From Alphaproteobacteria bacterium (GTDB lineage Bacteria; Pseudomonadota; Alphaproteobacteria; UBA2966), in assembly GCA_964291395.2 (NCBI GenBank), contig OZ219856.1:992001-1056000 (forward strand): a stretch of 64,000 nucleotides of DNA, written 5' to 3'. Shown here piece by piece: positions 39,675-49,801 of this stretch (within the stretch, counting starts at the first letter, position 1; each line of letters starts with the position of its first letter). The notes beneath the pieces are model-generated. The model was not told the DNA's origin, made no database searches, and saw only the letters and a program-made list of their open reading frames with translations. Position numbers and translations under genes: made by a program.

Positions 39675-41060
39675 TTGGCCACCGACCCCTATCTCGGTGC
39701 CCTTGATCTCGCCCGGTCGTATCGCAGCGGCGAAACGACCCCAACTGAAGTCGTCGACGGGCTGCTGACTCGAATCGAGGCCCTCGATCCCAAGCTCGGC
39801 GCGTTCCAGGCGGTCTATGCGGAGGACGCCCGGCTCGCAACGGATGCCGCCGAGACGGCGATGCGATCGGGTCACCGGCTAGGTCCGTTCCACGGCGTGC
39901 CGTTCGCCGCCAAAGACGTCGTCGACATCGCCGGGCGGATCACCACGGGCGGTTCATTGACGATGGCGGACCGAGTTTCCCCGGCCACGGCCACGATCGC
40001 CCAACGCCTGCTTTCGGCGGGCGGCATCCTCGTCGGCAAGACCAAGACCATGGAGTTCTCGATGGGCGGCTGGGGGACCAACCTCACCATGGGCACACCC
40101 TGGAATCCATGGGACCCGGACGTGCATCGCACGCCGGGCGGATCGTCGAGCGGATCGGGCGTCGCGGTCGGCGCCGGACTCGTGCCCTGCGCCGTCGGCT
40201 CCGATACGGGTGGATCGGTACGCACGCCATCGGCCTGGAACGGCACCGTCGGCCTCAAGACCACCGAAGGCACGTTGCCCATCGATGGCCTCATCCCCTG
40301 CTCGGCATCGATCGATACGGTCGGACCGATGACCCGCTCTGTCGCCGACGCGGCGTTCATGTACGACGTTATGTCCGGGCACGAGGCTGGCAGGCTCGAA
40401 CGACATCTGGCCCAAGATGGGTTCCTCACTCTGCCCCGCGCCGACGGCGTGCGCGGGCTCCGCGTCGGCGCCCTTCAGGATCAAGACCGTGAAGGCGTGG
40501 AGGCGGCCATTCTGGCCCTCTACGATGCCGCGCTCGAACGCCTGCGCGGCCTCGGCGTCGAGATCGTCCCCTTTACGCCTCCGGTTCCCTGGCAACGGAT
40601 GGCGGAGGGCACGGGGCTCATCTTCACGGCGGAAGGCTACACGCACTACGGCGATCTCATGGAGGACCCGGAGGCACCCGTCGATGAGGACGTGCGCCGG
40701 AGGCTGCTCCCGGGGCGGGAAATTGCGGCACGCGACTACATCACCGCCGTCCTGACGCGGCAGGAGCACATCGTCGCGTTCCTCGACAGCATGCGGGGAC
40801 TTGCGGCTGTGGTGACGCCGACCCTGGCGACGGTGCCCCTGCCGCTGAGCGAGGTCGACCAGACGGCCTATCCGGCACGCTTCACCCGCCCGTTCAATTA
40901 CCTCGCGATGTGTGCGCTCTCGCTCCCGATGGGGCTGACAGACGATGGTTTCCCGGGCGGCCTGCAGATCGCCGCGCGCGGCCGGGACGAAGCGATGGCG
41001 TTGCGCATTGGCGCAGCCTTCGAGCAGGACCTGGGTCCGATTGGCCATCCGCCGATCTAG
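39675..41060 (+). CDS. Amidase-signature family amidase
   Basis: GPFHGVPFAAKD, PGGSSSGSG, GSDTGGSVRTPS. GGAGG then TTG start. Confidence 0.93.
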   Translation: MATDPYLGALDLARSYRSGETTPTEVVDGLLTRIEALDPKLGAFQAVYAEDARLATDAAETAMRSGHRLGPFHGVPFAAKDVVDIAGRITTGGSLTMADRVSPATATIAQRLLSAGGILVGKTKTMEFSMGGWGTNLTMGTPWNPWDPDVHRTPGGSSSGSGVAVGAGLVPCAVGSDTGGSVRTPSAWNGTVGLKTTEGTLPIDGLIPCSASIDTVGPMTRSVADAAFMYDVMSGHEAGRLERHLAQDGFLTLPRADGVRGLRVGALQDQDREGVEAAILALYDAALERLRGLGVEIVPFTPPVPWQRMAEGTGLIFTAEGYTHYGDLMEDPEAPVDEDVRRRLLPGREIAARDYITAVLTRQEHIVAFLDSMRGLAAVVTPTLATVPLPLSEVDQTAYPARFTRPFNYLAMCALSLPMGLTDDGFPGGLQIAARGRDEAMALRIGAAFEQDLGPIGHPPI

Positions 41061-41189
41061 GCGCAACTATCAAAGCCCGGTGGGCCGAGGGGAAAAAAGG
41101 GTCGAGTGAAAGGCGGCGGGCAAGAACTCTAGACGGACGCAGAGCGCCGCTGAGGGGCCTCTGAGGTCGGAATGATCTGAAATGGCGCT

Positions 41190-42083
41190 CTAACCCTCTC
41201 CACCGTCACGGATGAAGGGGTACATTCGACTCCAATCTGCGCCCGGCATCTCCTTCTCCATATCTGTACAGATTTTGTTGACCAGGGCGCCAACGGCGTT
41301 GGGGGAGTTTCCGCTCCTGACCTCGTCCGCATAGACGGACACGTCCTTGGCGAGAATCTCGATTGTCGCCCCGACGTCATAAGTTTCAGGTTCAATCAAT
41401 GTCGGAAAAACATATGAGGTCGCAACATTCTGGCCGCTCGAGACGTTCAGCACCTCAAGGATCGATTTCATATCGAGGTTCTGATTGAGGCCGTAAACCA
41501 TTGCCTCGCTCACTGCTATCAGTGACGCACTGAACACGAAATTGTTGATCAGTTTGATAGCTTGGGCCTGGCCCGGTTCTTCACCCACATGGAACACCTG
41601 ACGGCCCATCGCCTCCATGACCGGGCGAACCTGCTCCACCGCAGTGGTTGGTCCTGCGACAATGAATGTCAGGGCGGCCGATTTAGCGGCAGCGTGGCCG
41701 ACACCCGTGCTGCCGGAGCCACCGGCGACCGGTGAGTCGATATACGTGACGTCCACCTCTCTCAGGCGAGCTTCCGCGGCACGGGCTGTGTTTGAGCCGA
41801 TGGTGGACGTGTCCATTACGATCGAGACAGTCCGGTTGTTTGCTTCCGCGATTTCTTGGGCGATGCTTTCTACCGAATTCTGCTTGTCGACGCTGATGAC
41901 CACGAAGTCGGCGCCGCCTGCGATCTGCGTTGCGGAAGCGGCAATCTCTGCGCCCTTTGGGGCTCGCTCCTCCGTTCCCGCGATGTCGTAGCATATGACG
42001 GAGTATCCTGCTTTGACCAAGTTGGCAGCCATGGGACCACCCATATTCCCAAGGCCAATGAACCCGATGCGTTCTGATGCCAT
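41190..42083 (-). CDS. Beta-hydroxyacid (3-hydroxyisobutyrate-type) NAD(P)-dependent dehydrogenase
   Basis: IGFIGLGNMGGPMAANL, DTSTI, IDSPVAGG, KLINN. GGAGG SD. Confidence 0.9.
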   Translation of the reverse strand: MASERIGFIGLGNMGGPMAANLVKAGYSVICYDIAGTEERAPKGAEIAASATQIAGGADFVVISVDKQNSVESIAQEIAEANNRTVSIVMDTSTIGSNTARAAEARLREVDVTYIDSPVAGGSGSTGVGHAAAKSAALTFIVAGPTTAVEQVRPVMEAMGRQVFHVGEEPGQAQAIKLINNFVFSASLIAVSEAMVYGLNQNLDMKSILEVLNVSSGQNVATSYVFPTLIEPETYDVGATIEILAKDVSVYADEVRSGNSPNAVGALVNKICTDMEKEMPGADWSRMYPFIRDGGEG

Positions 42084-42667
42084 TTCATCCTCCACACTTC
42101 GTTTCCGACGGTCCGGCTTGCCGAGAATCACCTCTGGAACGGCACCCGGACCTGCAGCTTCATGCTCACGCGGGAGCAGAAGGCGTTCATTGATAGGCGG
42201 GAGCGTAATGTTGCGAGGCGTTTGTTGTTCGGCGCCCAAGTTTGACCCCGGGGAACCACACTATATCAAGGGGCTGGCGTGCCGATCGGGTCCAAACTGC
42301 GCGCCGATCAGGGCGGCGACGATTCGCTTGTCGGCCATGCACGGACTCCCCTACCGGGGCAAGTCTCGACACGGAGATACGTTGAGGACCATGAGAGAGC
42401 AGGGTAACCTGAGGCGCGGAACCGCCGCGAACGATGGAGAACCCCGACACGGCGGCATTGACAGGGACCCCATTGGTGCCAAAATCGCTACAGTGATGCG
42501 CCGACCGGTTAGTATCGATCCGATATCGGAATTACGAGCCACATGGCCCGCGTAAGCGCCACAGACGCAAGCACGGTCGAGCCGCGCTCCGACACGGACG
42601 CGGACGATGCTGGTTGTTCGCGCGTTGATTTTGTCGGTCACGGACAGGCAGGGCGGAAGTAGGCGCC

Positions 42668-42928
42668 GTGGCCCTCATTCACCGCCTGCTGTTTCATGCC
42701 GCGCGACGCTTGGTCACTGATCCACGCGCGCAGGAGAAAGCGGCGGAACTGATCGAGACGAAGGTCAAGCCACGGGTACGGGACGGCTGGAATCAGGCCA
42801 GGCCGCGCATCGACGCCGCCAGATCGGATCTTGAGAAGATCGCGTCGGAAACCGACCCGCGAGAGAAGCCAAGGGAGTTCGCGATCCAAGTCAAGCAGCG
42901 GTTTTTCCCGCGCAAGAGAGCCGATTAG
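42668..42928 (+). CDS. Hypothetical helical protein (86 aa)
   Basis: Clean ORF with coding-like GC3; amphipathic, charge-rich sequence. Confidence 0.6.
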   Translation: MALIHRLLFHAARRLVTDPRAQEKAAELIETKVKPRVRDGWNQARPRIDAARSDLEKIASETDPREKPREFAIQVKQRFFPRKRAD

Positions 42929-43131
42929 AGCGTTTCGCGGTTTATTCGATATACGGCATTCAATTGCGGCTTGTGGACATACCGGCCAAGCTCCTCCCGA
43001 ACGTCAATCTCACGATGTTGATCGGCGCCGGAGAGCGGCCCCACAGGATCGATCGAAATCAATGAGTTGCCGTGCCGATCGGCGCCCAACCTGCGCGCCG
43101 ATCGACAATTCAGCCCTCCGGGAGACTGCTC

Positions 43132-43608
43132 GTGACCATGGAAGCGGATCGGTTCATGCAACGCGCCATAGAGCTGTCCGAGCGGGCCGTTCGCCAAAAG
43201 TCCGGCGGGCCCTTCGGTGCGGTGATCGTGAAAGACGGTGAAATCGTTGGCGAAGGTTGCAATCAGGTGACGACCCGGAACGATCCGAGCGCGCACGCGG
43301 AGATCGTAGCCATCCGTTCGGCATGCCGAAAGCTCCGCACGTTCCGGCTCTCGGGGTGCACGATCTACGCCAGCACGGAGCCGTGTCCGATGTGTCTCGG
43401 CGCCATCTATTGGGCGCGTCTGGATCGGCTCATCTACGCCAACTCCCGCTTCGAAGCGTCCGCCGTCGGTTTTGACGACACGTTCTTCCACGAGGAAATC
43501 GTGAAGCCCGAGGACCTCCGCGCTCTCCAAACCACCCGGATGGCCAGCAGCGAGGCTCTTGCGGTCCTCCGGGCCTGGTTCGATCTGGATGGCCGGGAGT
43601 TGTATTGA
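43132..43608 (+). CDS. Nucleoside deaminase family (guanine deaminase-like)
   Basis: GGPFGAVIV, DPSAHAE, EPCPMCLGAIYW, GFDD. Confidence 0.9.
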   Translation: MTMEADRFMQRAIELSERAVRQKSGGPFGAVIVKDGEIVGEGCNQVTTRNDPSAHAEIVAIRSACRKLRTFRLSGCTIYASTEPCPMCLGAIYWARLDRLIYANSRFEASAVGFDDTFFHEEIVKPEDLRALQTTRMASSEALAVLRAWFDLDGRELY

Positions 43609-43664
43609 CTCGCCGATCGGTCTGCCGTCATGCGGTAGAGCCGGAACGAGCTCGGCACGGGCGT

Positions 43665-44324
43665 TCAGTCGATCTCGTCCTCGGGCACGATCCAGGGTTC
43701 CCGTAGCGCGGCCTCGCGCCATTCCACGAAGGCAGGCAGGCTCAGCACGGCACGACTGTAGGCGGCGCAGGGCTCGTCCAGCTCCACGCCGTAGGTGTCC
43801 AGCCGCGTCACCACCGGCGCGAACATGGCGTCGGCCGCGCCGAAGGCTCCGAACAGGAAGTCGCCGCCCGCACCCCAGCGCGCCCGGCAGTCGCGCCAGA
43901 TTTCACTGACACGCGCGATGTCGTCGTCGACTCCCGGCCCGCGACCCTTCCCCTCGAGGTCCCGTCGGCGCAGGTTCATCGGCATGTGGTTGCGCAGCGC
44001 GGCAAAGCCCGCGTGCATCTCGTTCGCAACCGCGCGGGCGTGGGCGCGGGCGTCGCGGTCGGTTGGCCAGAGGCCGGCGTCAGGGAACAGTTCGTTGAGG
44101 TATTCCAGGATCGCCAGCGTCTCCCACACCGTGTGCTCGCCATGCAGCAGCACCGGCACGCGGCGGGAGGGCGAAAGGGAGGCGATGGCCTCCTTCCAGT
44201 TCTCGTCGAACAGCAGGATCAACCGCTCGTCGAAGGGGATTCCGGCATGACGCATGGCAAGCCAGGGCCTGAGCGACCAGGACGAGTAGTTCTTGTTGCC
44301 GATCACCAGTGTCAGGTCGCTCAT
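43665..44324 (-). CDS. Glutathione S-transferase family protein
   Basis: IGNKNYSSWSLRPW, VWETLAILEYL, EMHAGF, ADAMFAPV. Confidence 0.93.
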   Translation of the reverse strand: MSDLTLVIGNKNYSSWSLRPWLAMRHAGIPFDERLILLFDENWKEAIASLSPSRRVPVLLHGEHTVWETLAILEYLNELFPDAGLWPTDRDARAHARAVANEMHAGFAALRNHMPMNLRRRDLEGKGRGPGVDDDIARVSEIWRDCRARWGAGGDFLFGAFGAADAMFAPVVTRLDTYGVELDEPCAAYSRAVLSLPAFVEWREAALREPWIVPEDEID

Positions 44325-44478
44325 TGCGTTCCCGGTCCCTTCGCGGTTTCATGCGGTGCGCGAGACCGTATACACGGCAAAGCCCCTGCACGTCATGCCG
44401 TTGGCGGTCGCTGGAGCGGCGGTTGTTCAGGAGGTGATGGCTGGCGCAGCCGAAATTCGGTCGCAGAGGGAACATCCA

Positions 44479-44958
44479 ATGCGCGAAAGCAAGAGACCCC
44501 TGGCCATTGCCGCGGCGGAGGTTCCGCCGCGGACGAAGCCGTCCAACTATCCCGAACCGTTCTTCGGCCGCATGGCAAGACGAGAGAAGAGGCCTCTTGG
44601 AGACTTTTTTGGCCTGGAGAACTTTGGGGTGAACCTGACGACGATCGAGCCCGGCGGAGAGACCGCGCTGATGCACTCTCACGGCAAGCAGGACGAAATG
44701 ATCTACATCGTGCAGGGCAATCCCACGCTCGTCACCGAATCCGGCGAGACAACGCTCACGCCCGGAATGTGCGCGGGCTTCCGTGCGGGAGGCGTGGCGC
44801 ATCATGTGGTCAACCGTTCTGACCGGCAGGCGGTCCTCCTTGAGATTGGTGATCGGGCCAAGGGCGACGAGGCAAACTATCCTCGGGATGATCTCCGTGC
44901 GGTGATGGGGGAAGACGGGATTTGGCAGTTCGTGCACAAGGACGGAACGCCGTACTAG
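44479..44958 (+). CDS. Cupin-domain protein
   Basis: SNYPEPF, LGDFFGLENFGVN, HSHGKQDE, GMCAGFRAG..HH, HKDGTPY. Confidence 0.9.
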   Translation: MRESKRPLAIAAAEVPPRTKPSNYPEPFFGRMARREKRPLGDFFGLENFGVNLTTIEPGGETALMHSHGKQDEMIYIVQGNPTLVTESGETTLTPGMCAGFRAGGVAHHVVNRSDRQAVLLEIGDRAKGDEANYPRDDLRAVMGEDGIWQFVHKDGTPY

Positions 44959-45090
44959 CACCTTGCCCGAAATCAATGATGTTGATGGTCCGTTGAGCGC
45001 ACCCTTTGCCGGACGGGCGCCCGAGGGTCGCTTCAGCCCCATCCTCAGGCTTCCGGGCCGCCGGGCGGGATTTGTGCTCTCTTTTCTCGC

Positions 45091-45267
45091 CCCTATGAGA
45101 AGGTCCTGAAGGACGCGCAGGATGCGGCCATCCGGGAGATGACGGACGAAGCCGCGGCGCTCGGCGCGAACGCGGTTGCCGGTGTTGACCTTGATTACGA
45201 AGCCATTGGCGAGAAAAGCGGCATGCTCATGGTCTCGGCCGGCGGCACGGCGGTGCTCGCGGAGTAT
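45091..45267 (+). pseudogene. YbjQ/UPF0145-family C-terminal fragment
   Basis: [43 protein letters not shown]. The N-terminal half is absent and the expected stop reads TAT. Confidence 0.75.
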
Positions 45268-45422
45268 TGTTCGGCAGGGCGACCGGCTTATGACGCTCTT
45301 GGAAGCGGTAAAAGGGCATGGCGCGGGGAAGCGAATGGTCCCTGAGCGGCCGTGCGCCGGCGGAGTGGCAGCGGAGGGAACGTTCGCGCTACTCTGTCGC
45401 GCAATCACCGTCTCACCGAAGC

Positions 45423-46310
45423 ATGACACTCCGGTTCCACCAGCTCCACCCGCAATTCGCCGCTGAGGCGAGTGCGGTCGATCTCCGCGCCGTGCGCGAC
45501 GACGAGACCCTGGAGCAAATCCGGGTAGGCATGGACAAGCACGCGGTGCTCGTATTCCGGGACCAGGCCTTCACGAGCGATGAGCAGCTCGCCTTCGCCA
45601 CCCGGCTCGACGGGGAGATTCACCGCAAGACCGGCATCAGCGTTTTGCAGAAGAGCCGCTTCGGAGACGAAGCGCTTACCGATGTTTCGAACGTCGGTTC
45701 GAGCGGCGAGGTCCTGGCCCCGGACAGCCGGCGTCGCCTGTACGGTCTCGCGAACCGCCTCTGGCACACCGATGCGTCGTTTCAGGATCCGCGGGGCCGC
45801 TACTCGATGCTCGCCGCCCTCGTCGTGCCGCCGGTCGCGGCCGACACCGAGTTTGCGGACATGCGGACCGCCTACGATACGCTGGCAGAGGAGACGAAGG
45901 CGAGCCTCGAAGGTCTCCGCGTGCATCATTCGATCGCCTATTCGCGAATGACGCTGGGCTTCGAGTTCTCGGATGAAGAGAGTGACCGGCTCAAGGGGGC
46001 CGTTCAGCCCCTGGTGCTGAACAACCCCCGAACCGGGCGGCGCTCCCTCTATCTTGCCTCGCACGCCTCGCGCATACTCGACCGGCCCGTTCCCGATGGC
46101 CGGCTCCTCCTCCGCGACCTCATGGAGCATGCGACCAGGCCCGAGCTCGTGTATCGGCATTCGTGGCGAATCGGGGACTTCGTGATCTGGGATAACCGGG
46201 CCACGATGCACCGCGCCCGTCCCTTCGACGACACCCGGCACCGGCGGGAGATGCGTCGCGTTACCACTCTCGACGTCGGCCACCCGTCACGGATCGCACG
46301 GGCCGTGTAG
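45423..46310 (+). CDS. TauD/TfdA-family Fe(II)/2OG dioxygenase
   Basis: VLVFRDQ, WHTDASF, TEFADMRTAYD, LYLASHA, WDNRATMHRA. Confidence 0.92.
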   Translation: MTLRFHQLHPQFAAEASAVDLRAVRDDETLEQIRVGMDKHAVLVFRDQAFTSDEQLAFATRLDGEIHRKTGISVLQKSRFGDEALTDVSNVGSSGEVLAPDSRRRLYGLANRLWHTDASFQDPRGRYSMLAALVVPPVAADTEFADMRTAYDTLAEETKASLEGLRVHHSIAYSRMTLGFEFSDEESDRLKGAVQPLVLNNPRTGRRSLYLASHASRILDRPVPDGRLLLRDLMEHATRPELVYRHSWRIGDFVIWDNRATMHRARPFDDTRHRREMRRVTTLDVGHPSRIARAV

Positions 46311-46539
46311 TCCTTCACCTGTCGGTCACGCCGGGAGGCTGCACGGCCCGGTATTATCCGCTTGACCGACGGCACCGGTCGAGCAGACGTTCGCCCCGTA
46401 AGCGAAGCACGAGTCTCTCGCTCCGTAGGGTCGCTCGCCGAACAGAAGGGCCCGTTCCGGCAAGGGTAGGGCGCCCCGCCTCCGGGAAATCGGCTGGTTC
46501 ATGTCTGCGGTGCCTCGGCAGAGCCCCGGCCGTCGGCAC

Positions 46540-46610
46540 ATCTCGAAGCTTGCCTTTGTCGGCGTAAATGTATTCGTCTCACGGTGACGACCGCCTGCCG
46601 CAATCCGCAT
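46540..46610 (-). pseudogene. M81/MlrC-family metallopeptidase N-terminal remnant
   Basis: MRIAAGGRHRETNTFTP matches the family start MRIA.GG..HETNTFSP, then degenerates. Confidence 0.6.
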
Positions 46611-46666
46611 GGGCCTTACCCCCCGTCTGCGGCCTGCGCTGCCAACAGAGAGTCCGTTCGCTGCCT

Positions 46667-48005
46667 TTGCGTCTTCGCCGCCGCCTCGTCCTTGGCCATC
46701 TGGCCGACCTCTACCGCCTCGCCCTGCCGGTCGTGGTGAGCCGCGCCGGCGTGCTCGCGATGACGGTGGCCGACACGGTGATCGTCGGCCGCTACTCTTC
46801 GGTCGAGCTCGGGCACCTGTCGCTCGGCGTCGCGGTCCATCTGCCGCTGCTCCTGACCGTGATGGGTTTGCTCACCGGCACCACGGTCGCCGTGGCGCAG
46901 GCGATGGGCCGCGGCGACCTGGCGGAATGCGGGGCCGCATGGCGGCGGGCGGTGCCGGTTGCGCTCGCCATTCGGCATCGTCGGCTTGCTGCTCGGGCTG
47001 TTCGGTCGCGAGGTGTTGCTGCTCACCGGGCAGAGCGAGGACATGGCGGAGGGCGCCGGGCGGGTGTTCTTCATTCTGTCCCTCGGCTATCCGGCGGTCT
47101 TCCTCTACTTCGCCACGGCCTTCTTCCTCGAAGGCATCCGGCGTCCGCAACCGGTCGCCTGGGCGATCGTCGCCGCCAACATGGTCAACGTCCCGGCCGA
47201 CCTCGTGCTGGTGCACGGCCTGTTCGGCGTGCCGGCGCTGGGCGCGGAGGGTTCGGCCTGGGTCACCACCGTCATCCGCTGGGGCTTGGCGGCGTTCCTG
47301 GTCGCCTACGCCTGGTCGATGTCCGACCGGGCGCGGCTTGGCGTCCGCGCCCCCGCCGACTGGTCGTGGCCGCGCTGGAGGCTGCAGCGCATGGTCGGTT
47401 ACGCGGCCGCCATCGCCATCGGCGTCGAGACGGGGGCCTTCGCCTCGGTCCACCTGTTCGCCGGCTGGCTGGGGGCGGTTCCGCTCGCCGTCTTTGCCAT
47501 CGTGCTGAATGTCATTGCGGTCATCTTCATGGTCGCGAACGGCGTCGGCATCGCTACCAGCGTGCGCATCGGCAATGCCTTCGGCCGCGGCGACCGCAGG
47601 CGCTGGACCGCCGCAGGCTGGCTCGGCCTCGCCGTCACCGTCTCGTTGATGGCCGGTGCCGGTGCCTTCATGGCGGTGCTCGCCCGGCCGCTCTCCGCGA
47701 TCTACAGCTCGGAACCGGTGGTGCTGGCGGCCGCCGTGCCGGTCATGGTGCTCGCCGCGCTCGTGCCCGTCTTCGACGGCGGGCAGACGCTGATGCTCAA
47801 CGCCCTGCGCGGCTGCGCCGACGCGTGGATCCCGACGGCGCTTCAGGCCCTCGCATTCATTGGCTGCATGGTGCCGCTCTCGCTGCTGCTGGCCTTCGGG
47901 TTGGAGCGGGGCGTCGCCGGGCTGTTCGAGGCGATGATCGCCGCGACGGCCCTGTCGCTGGGGCTGCTATCCGCGCGCTTCGTCATGCTTTCGCGCCGCC
48001 GATGA
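46667..48005 (+). pseudogene. MATE-family efflux transporter with a +1 frameshift near 46970 (pseudogene or sequencing error)
   Basis: LALPVVVS..ADTVIVGR..VAQAMGRGD in one frame continues as FGIVG..FLEGIRRP..PALGAEGSAW..SVRIGNAFG..FDGGQ in the next frame. Confidence 0.8.
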
Positions 48006-48102
48006 CGCATCCTGTGCGGGGGTGTATCCCGGTGAGAGGAACGTCGTGACGTTTCCGGAGCAGCAGAGCGGCCGGGGATCGACGCCCTGGTCTCCGCAGG
48101 CT

Positions 48103-48858
48103 TCAACGGACCCGCAGCACGAGGAACTCGTAGCCGTAGAACTCCGAGTAGGCATGCCAGATGTCGATCTCGTGCTGGCACCGGTCCGCCAGTTCCTGCG
48201 CATCCGGTGCATCGCGATGACGCTTGCGGAATTCGGTCACGTTGTCCTGCAGCGGCCGATAGTAGTCGTCCCACCACGCCGACGCGGGGAGCGGAAAGTG
48301 CCCCACGGTCTCGTAGCCACAGGCCTCGGCGGCCTCCAGGAGTGCGGAGGTATCGCGGATTGCCGGATACTCGCGGCTCCAGAACGCGGCGCATTCGGCG
48401 GGTGGCTCGGGCTTCCGCCAGCACACTTCGGTCAGCGCGACGTGCCCGTCACGCCGCAGCAGCCTGCGCCAGTCGCGCAGGCCCGTTTCGACCCCCACGT
48501 TGTAGATGGCGCCTTCGCACCAGATGAGTTCGAAGGAGCCGTCGGCGAAGTCGAGACTGTGCATGTCCGCAACCCGCGCTTCCAACCGGTCAGTGATGCC
48601 GAGCTCCCGTGCTTCGCGGTTCAGGGCGTCGATGAACGGCGGATGGTTGTCGATGGCAACGATGCGCGCTGGAGAACAGTCGGCCAGCACCAGGGTCTGG
48701 GCGCCCGTCCCACAGCCGATGTCGAGCACGCGCGTCCCCGGCCCGACTCCCGGCACGAGCCCGAGGGCGCGACGCGTGGACGCTGCGTTTCCCGGTCCCT
48801 GCCGGGGCAGCCCGCTGAACAGTTCGAAGAACAGCGCTGTGGCTCGCTCTGGCGCCAT
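48103..48858 (-). CDS. Class I SAM-dependent methyltransferase
   Basis: LPRQGPG, VLDIGCGTG, FELIWCEGAIY, YGYEF. Confidence 0.9.
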   Translation of the reverse strand: MAPERATALFFELFSGLPRQGPGNAASTRRALGLVPGVGPGTRVLDIGCGTGAQTLVLADCSPARIVAIDNHPPFIDALNREARELGITDRLEARVADMHSLDFADGSFELIWCEGAIYNVGVETGLRDWRRLLRRDGHVALTEVCWRKPEPPAECAAFWSREYPAIRDTSALLEAAEACGYETVGHFPLPASAWWDDYYRPLQDNVTEFRKRHRDAPDAQELADRCQHEIDIWHAYSEFYGYEFLVLRVR

Positions 48859-49345
48859 GACTCCTATTCCCGCGTGTCGCATGTCCCCTTGCCGCACCTA
48901 TCCCAGCCTCAAACGCCCGATCAGTTCATGAAGACAGGTGAGTTCAGCAGCCAATGGTTCAAAAGGGCCATGGCTGACTGCTACAAGGAGGGCTCCTGCA
49001 ACTTCACTATCATCGGTGGTGTCTTCGCGCTTCCCGGGAACGCCGAGTATTTTTCAAGAGCGCGGCAGGTACACGCGGCGGGATCGTCGCCAAGACACAT
49101 GACGCGCGGATCGTGCCGCCGGGCGGGAAGTGGCCGGTCGCCCAATCCCCCCGCCCAGCGGCCTGGGTGCCCGAATAATCGCACCGCTTCGCAGGCCGGG
49201 GCGAGACCCGGAATTTGCGGCCTGGGGAGATACGAACCGGTGTTGCACAAACGGCACAGTGGCGAATTCAGTTGGCGAACCGGGGTTGCCATCCCGCGAT
49301 GGATTTTAGATTTAGTTCTCGCGGAACTGATACGGGGACTTCGGC

Positions 49346-49789
49346 ATGAACGTTTTGACCTCCGTGGCGCCCCTCCGGTACCCGGCCCAGGAGTTGCCCG
49401 GCCGGGGATGGGCGCCGGCGCGGCTGCTGGCGGGCTGCCTGATCTCGCTCATGTGGCTGCCGGTGGGGTTCTACGCCGCCGGGGCCGGCGGTCCGCCATG
49501 GCTGGCGGACCTCGATGGATGGCTCTATCTGGCCGGCCTGGCGCCGAGCGGTGTTCCGCTGGTGTGGGCCTGCGGCCGGTTGCGCCGGATGGGCTATCCG
49601 GGTGCGGCGTGGATGGCCTTCGGCGTTCTGGCGCCGGCGACGGTCATGGTGTCGGTTTACGTGGCCCCGCTCGGCCCGTTGTGGGTCGCGGCCTGTGCCG
49701 CGGTAGCGAGCTTGCCGGCTTGGCTGCCCTACGGGCTGGGATGTCTCGACCGCCGCGCGCGGCGGCGGAATTCACGGCGCATCGCGTGA
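49346..49789 (+). CDS. Hypothetical membrane protein (about 4 TM)
   Basis: GGGGA SD, hydrophobic helices, basic C-terminal tail. Confidence 0.6.
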   Translation: MNVLTSVAPLRYPAQELPGRGWAPARLLAGCLISLMWLPVGFYAAGAGGPPWLADLDGWLYLAGLAPSGVPLVWACGRLRRMGYPGAAWMAFGVLAPATVMVSVYVAPLGPLWVAACAAVASLPAWLPYGLGCLDRRARRRNSRRIA

Positions 49790-49801
49790 TGCGGATTGCC
49801 C

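Noticed and set aside
42391-42555. 54-aa ORF with GAGGA SD
   Set aside because: No recognisable motif and weak codon bias; insufficient support.
49120-49212. yybP-ykoY (Mn) riboswitch-like GGGAAGTGGCC...GGCGAGACCC
   Set aside because: Lacks GGGGAGTAG and the conserved L3 motif, and the downstream gene is not a recognisable Mn transporter.
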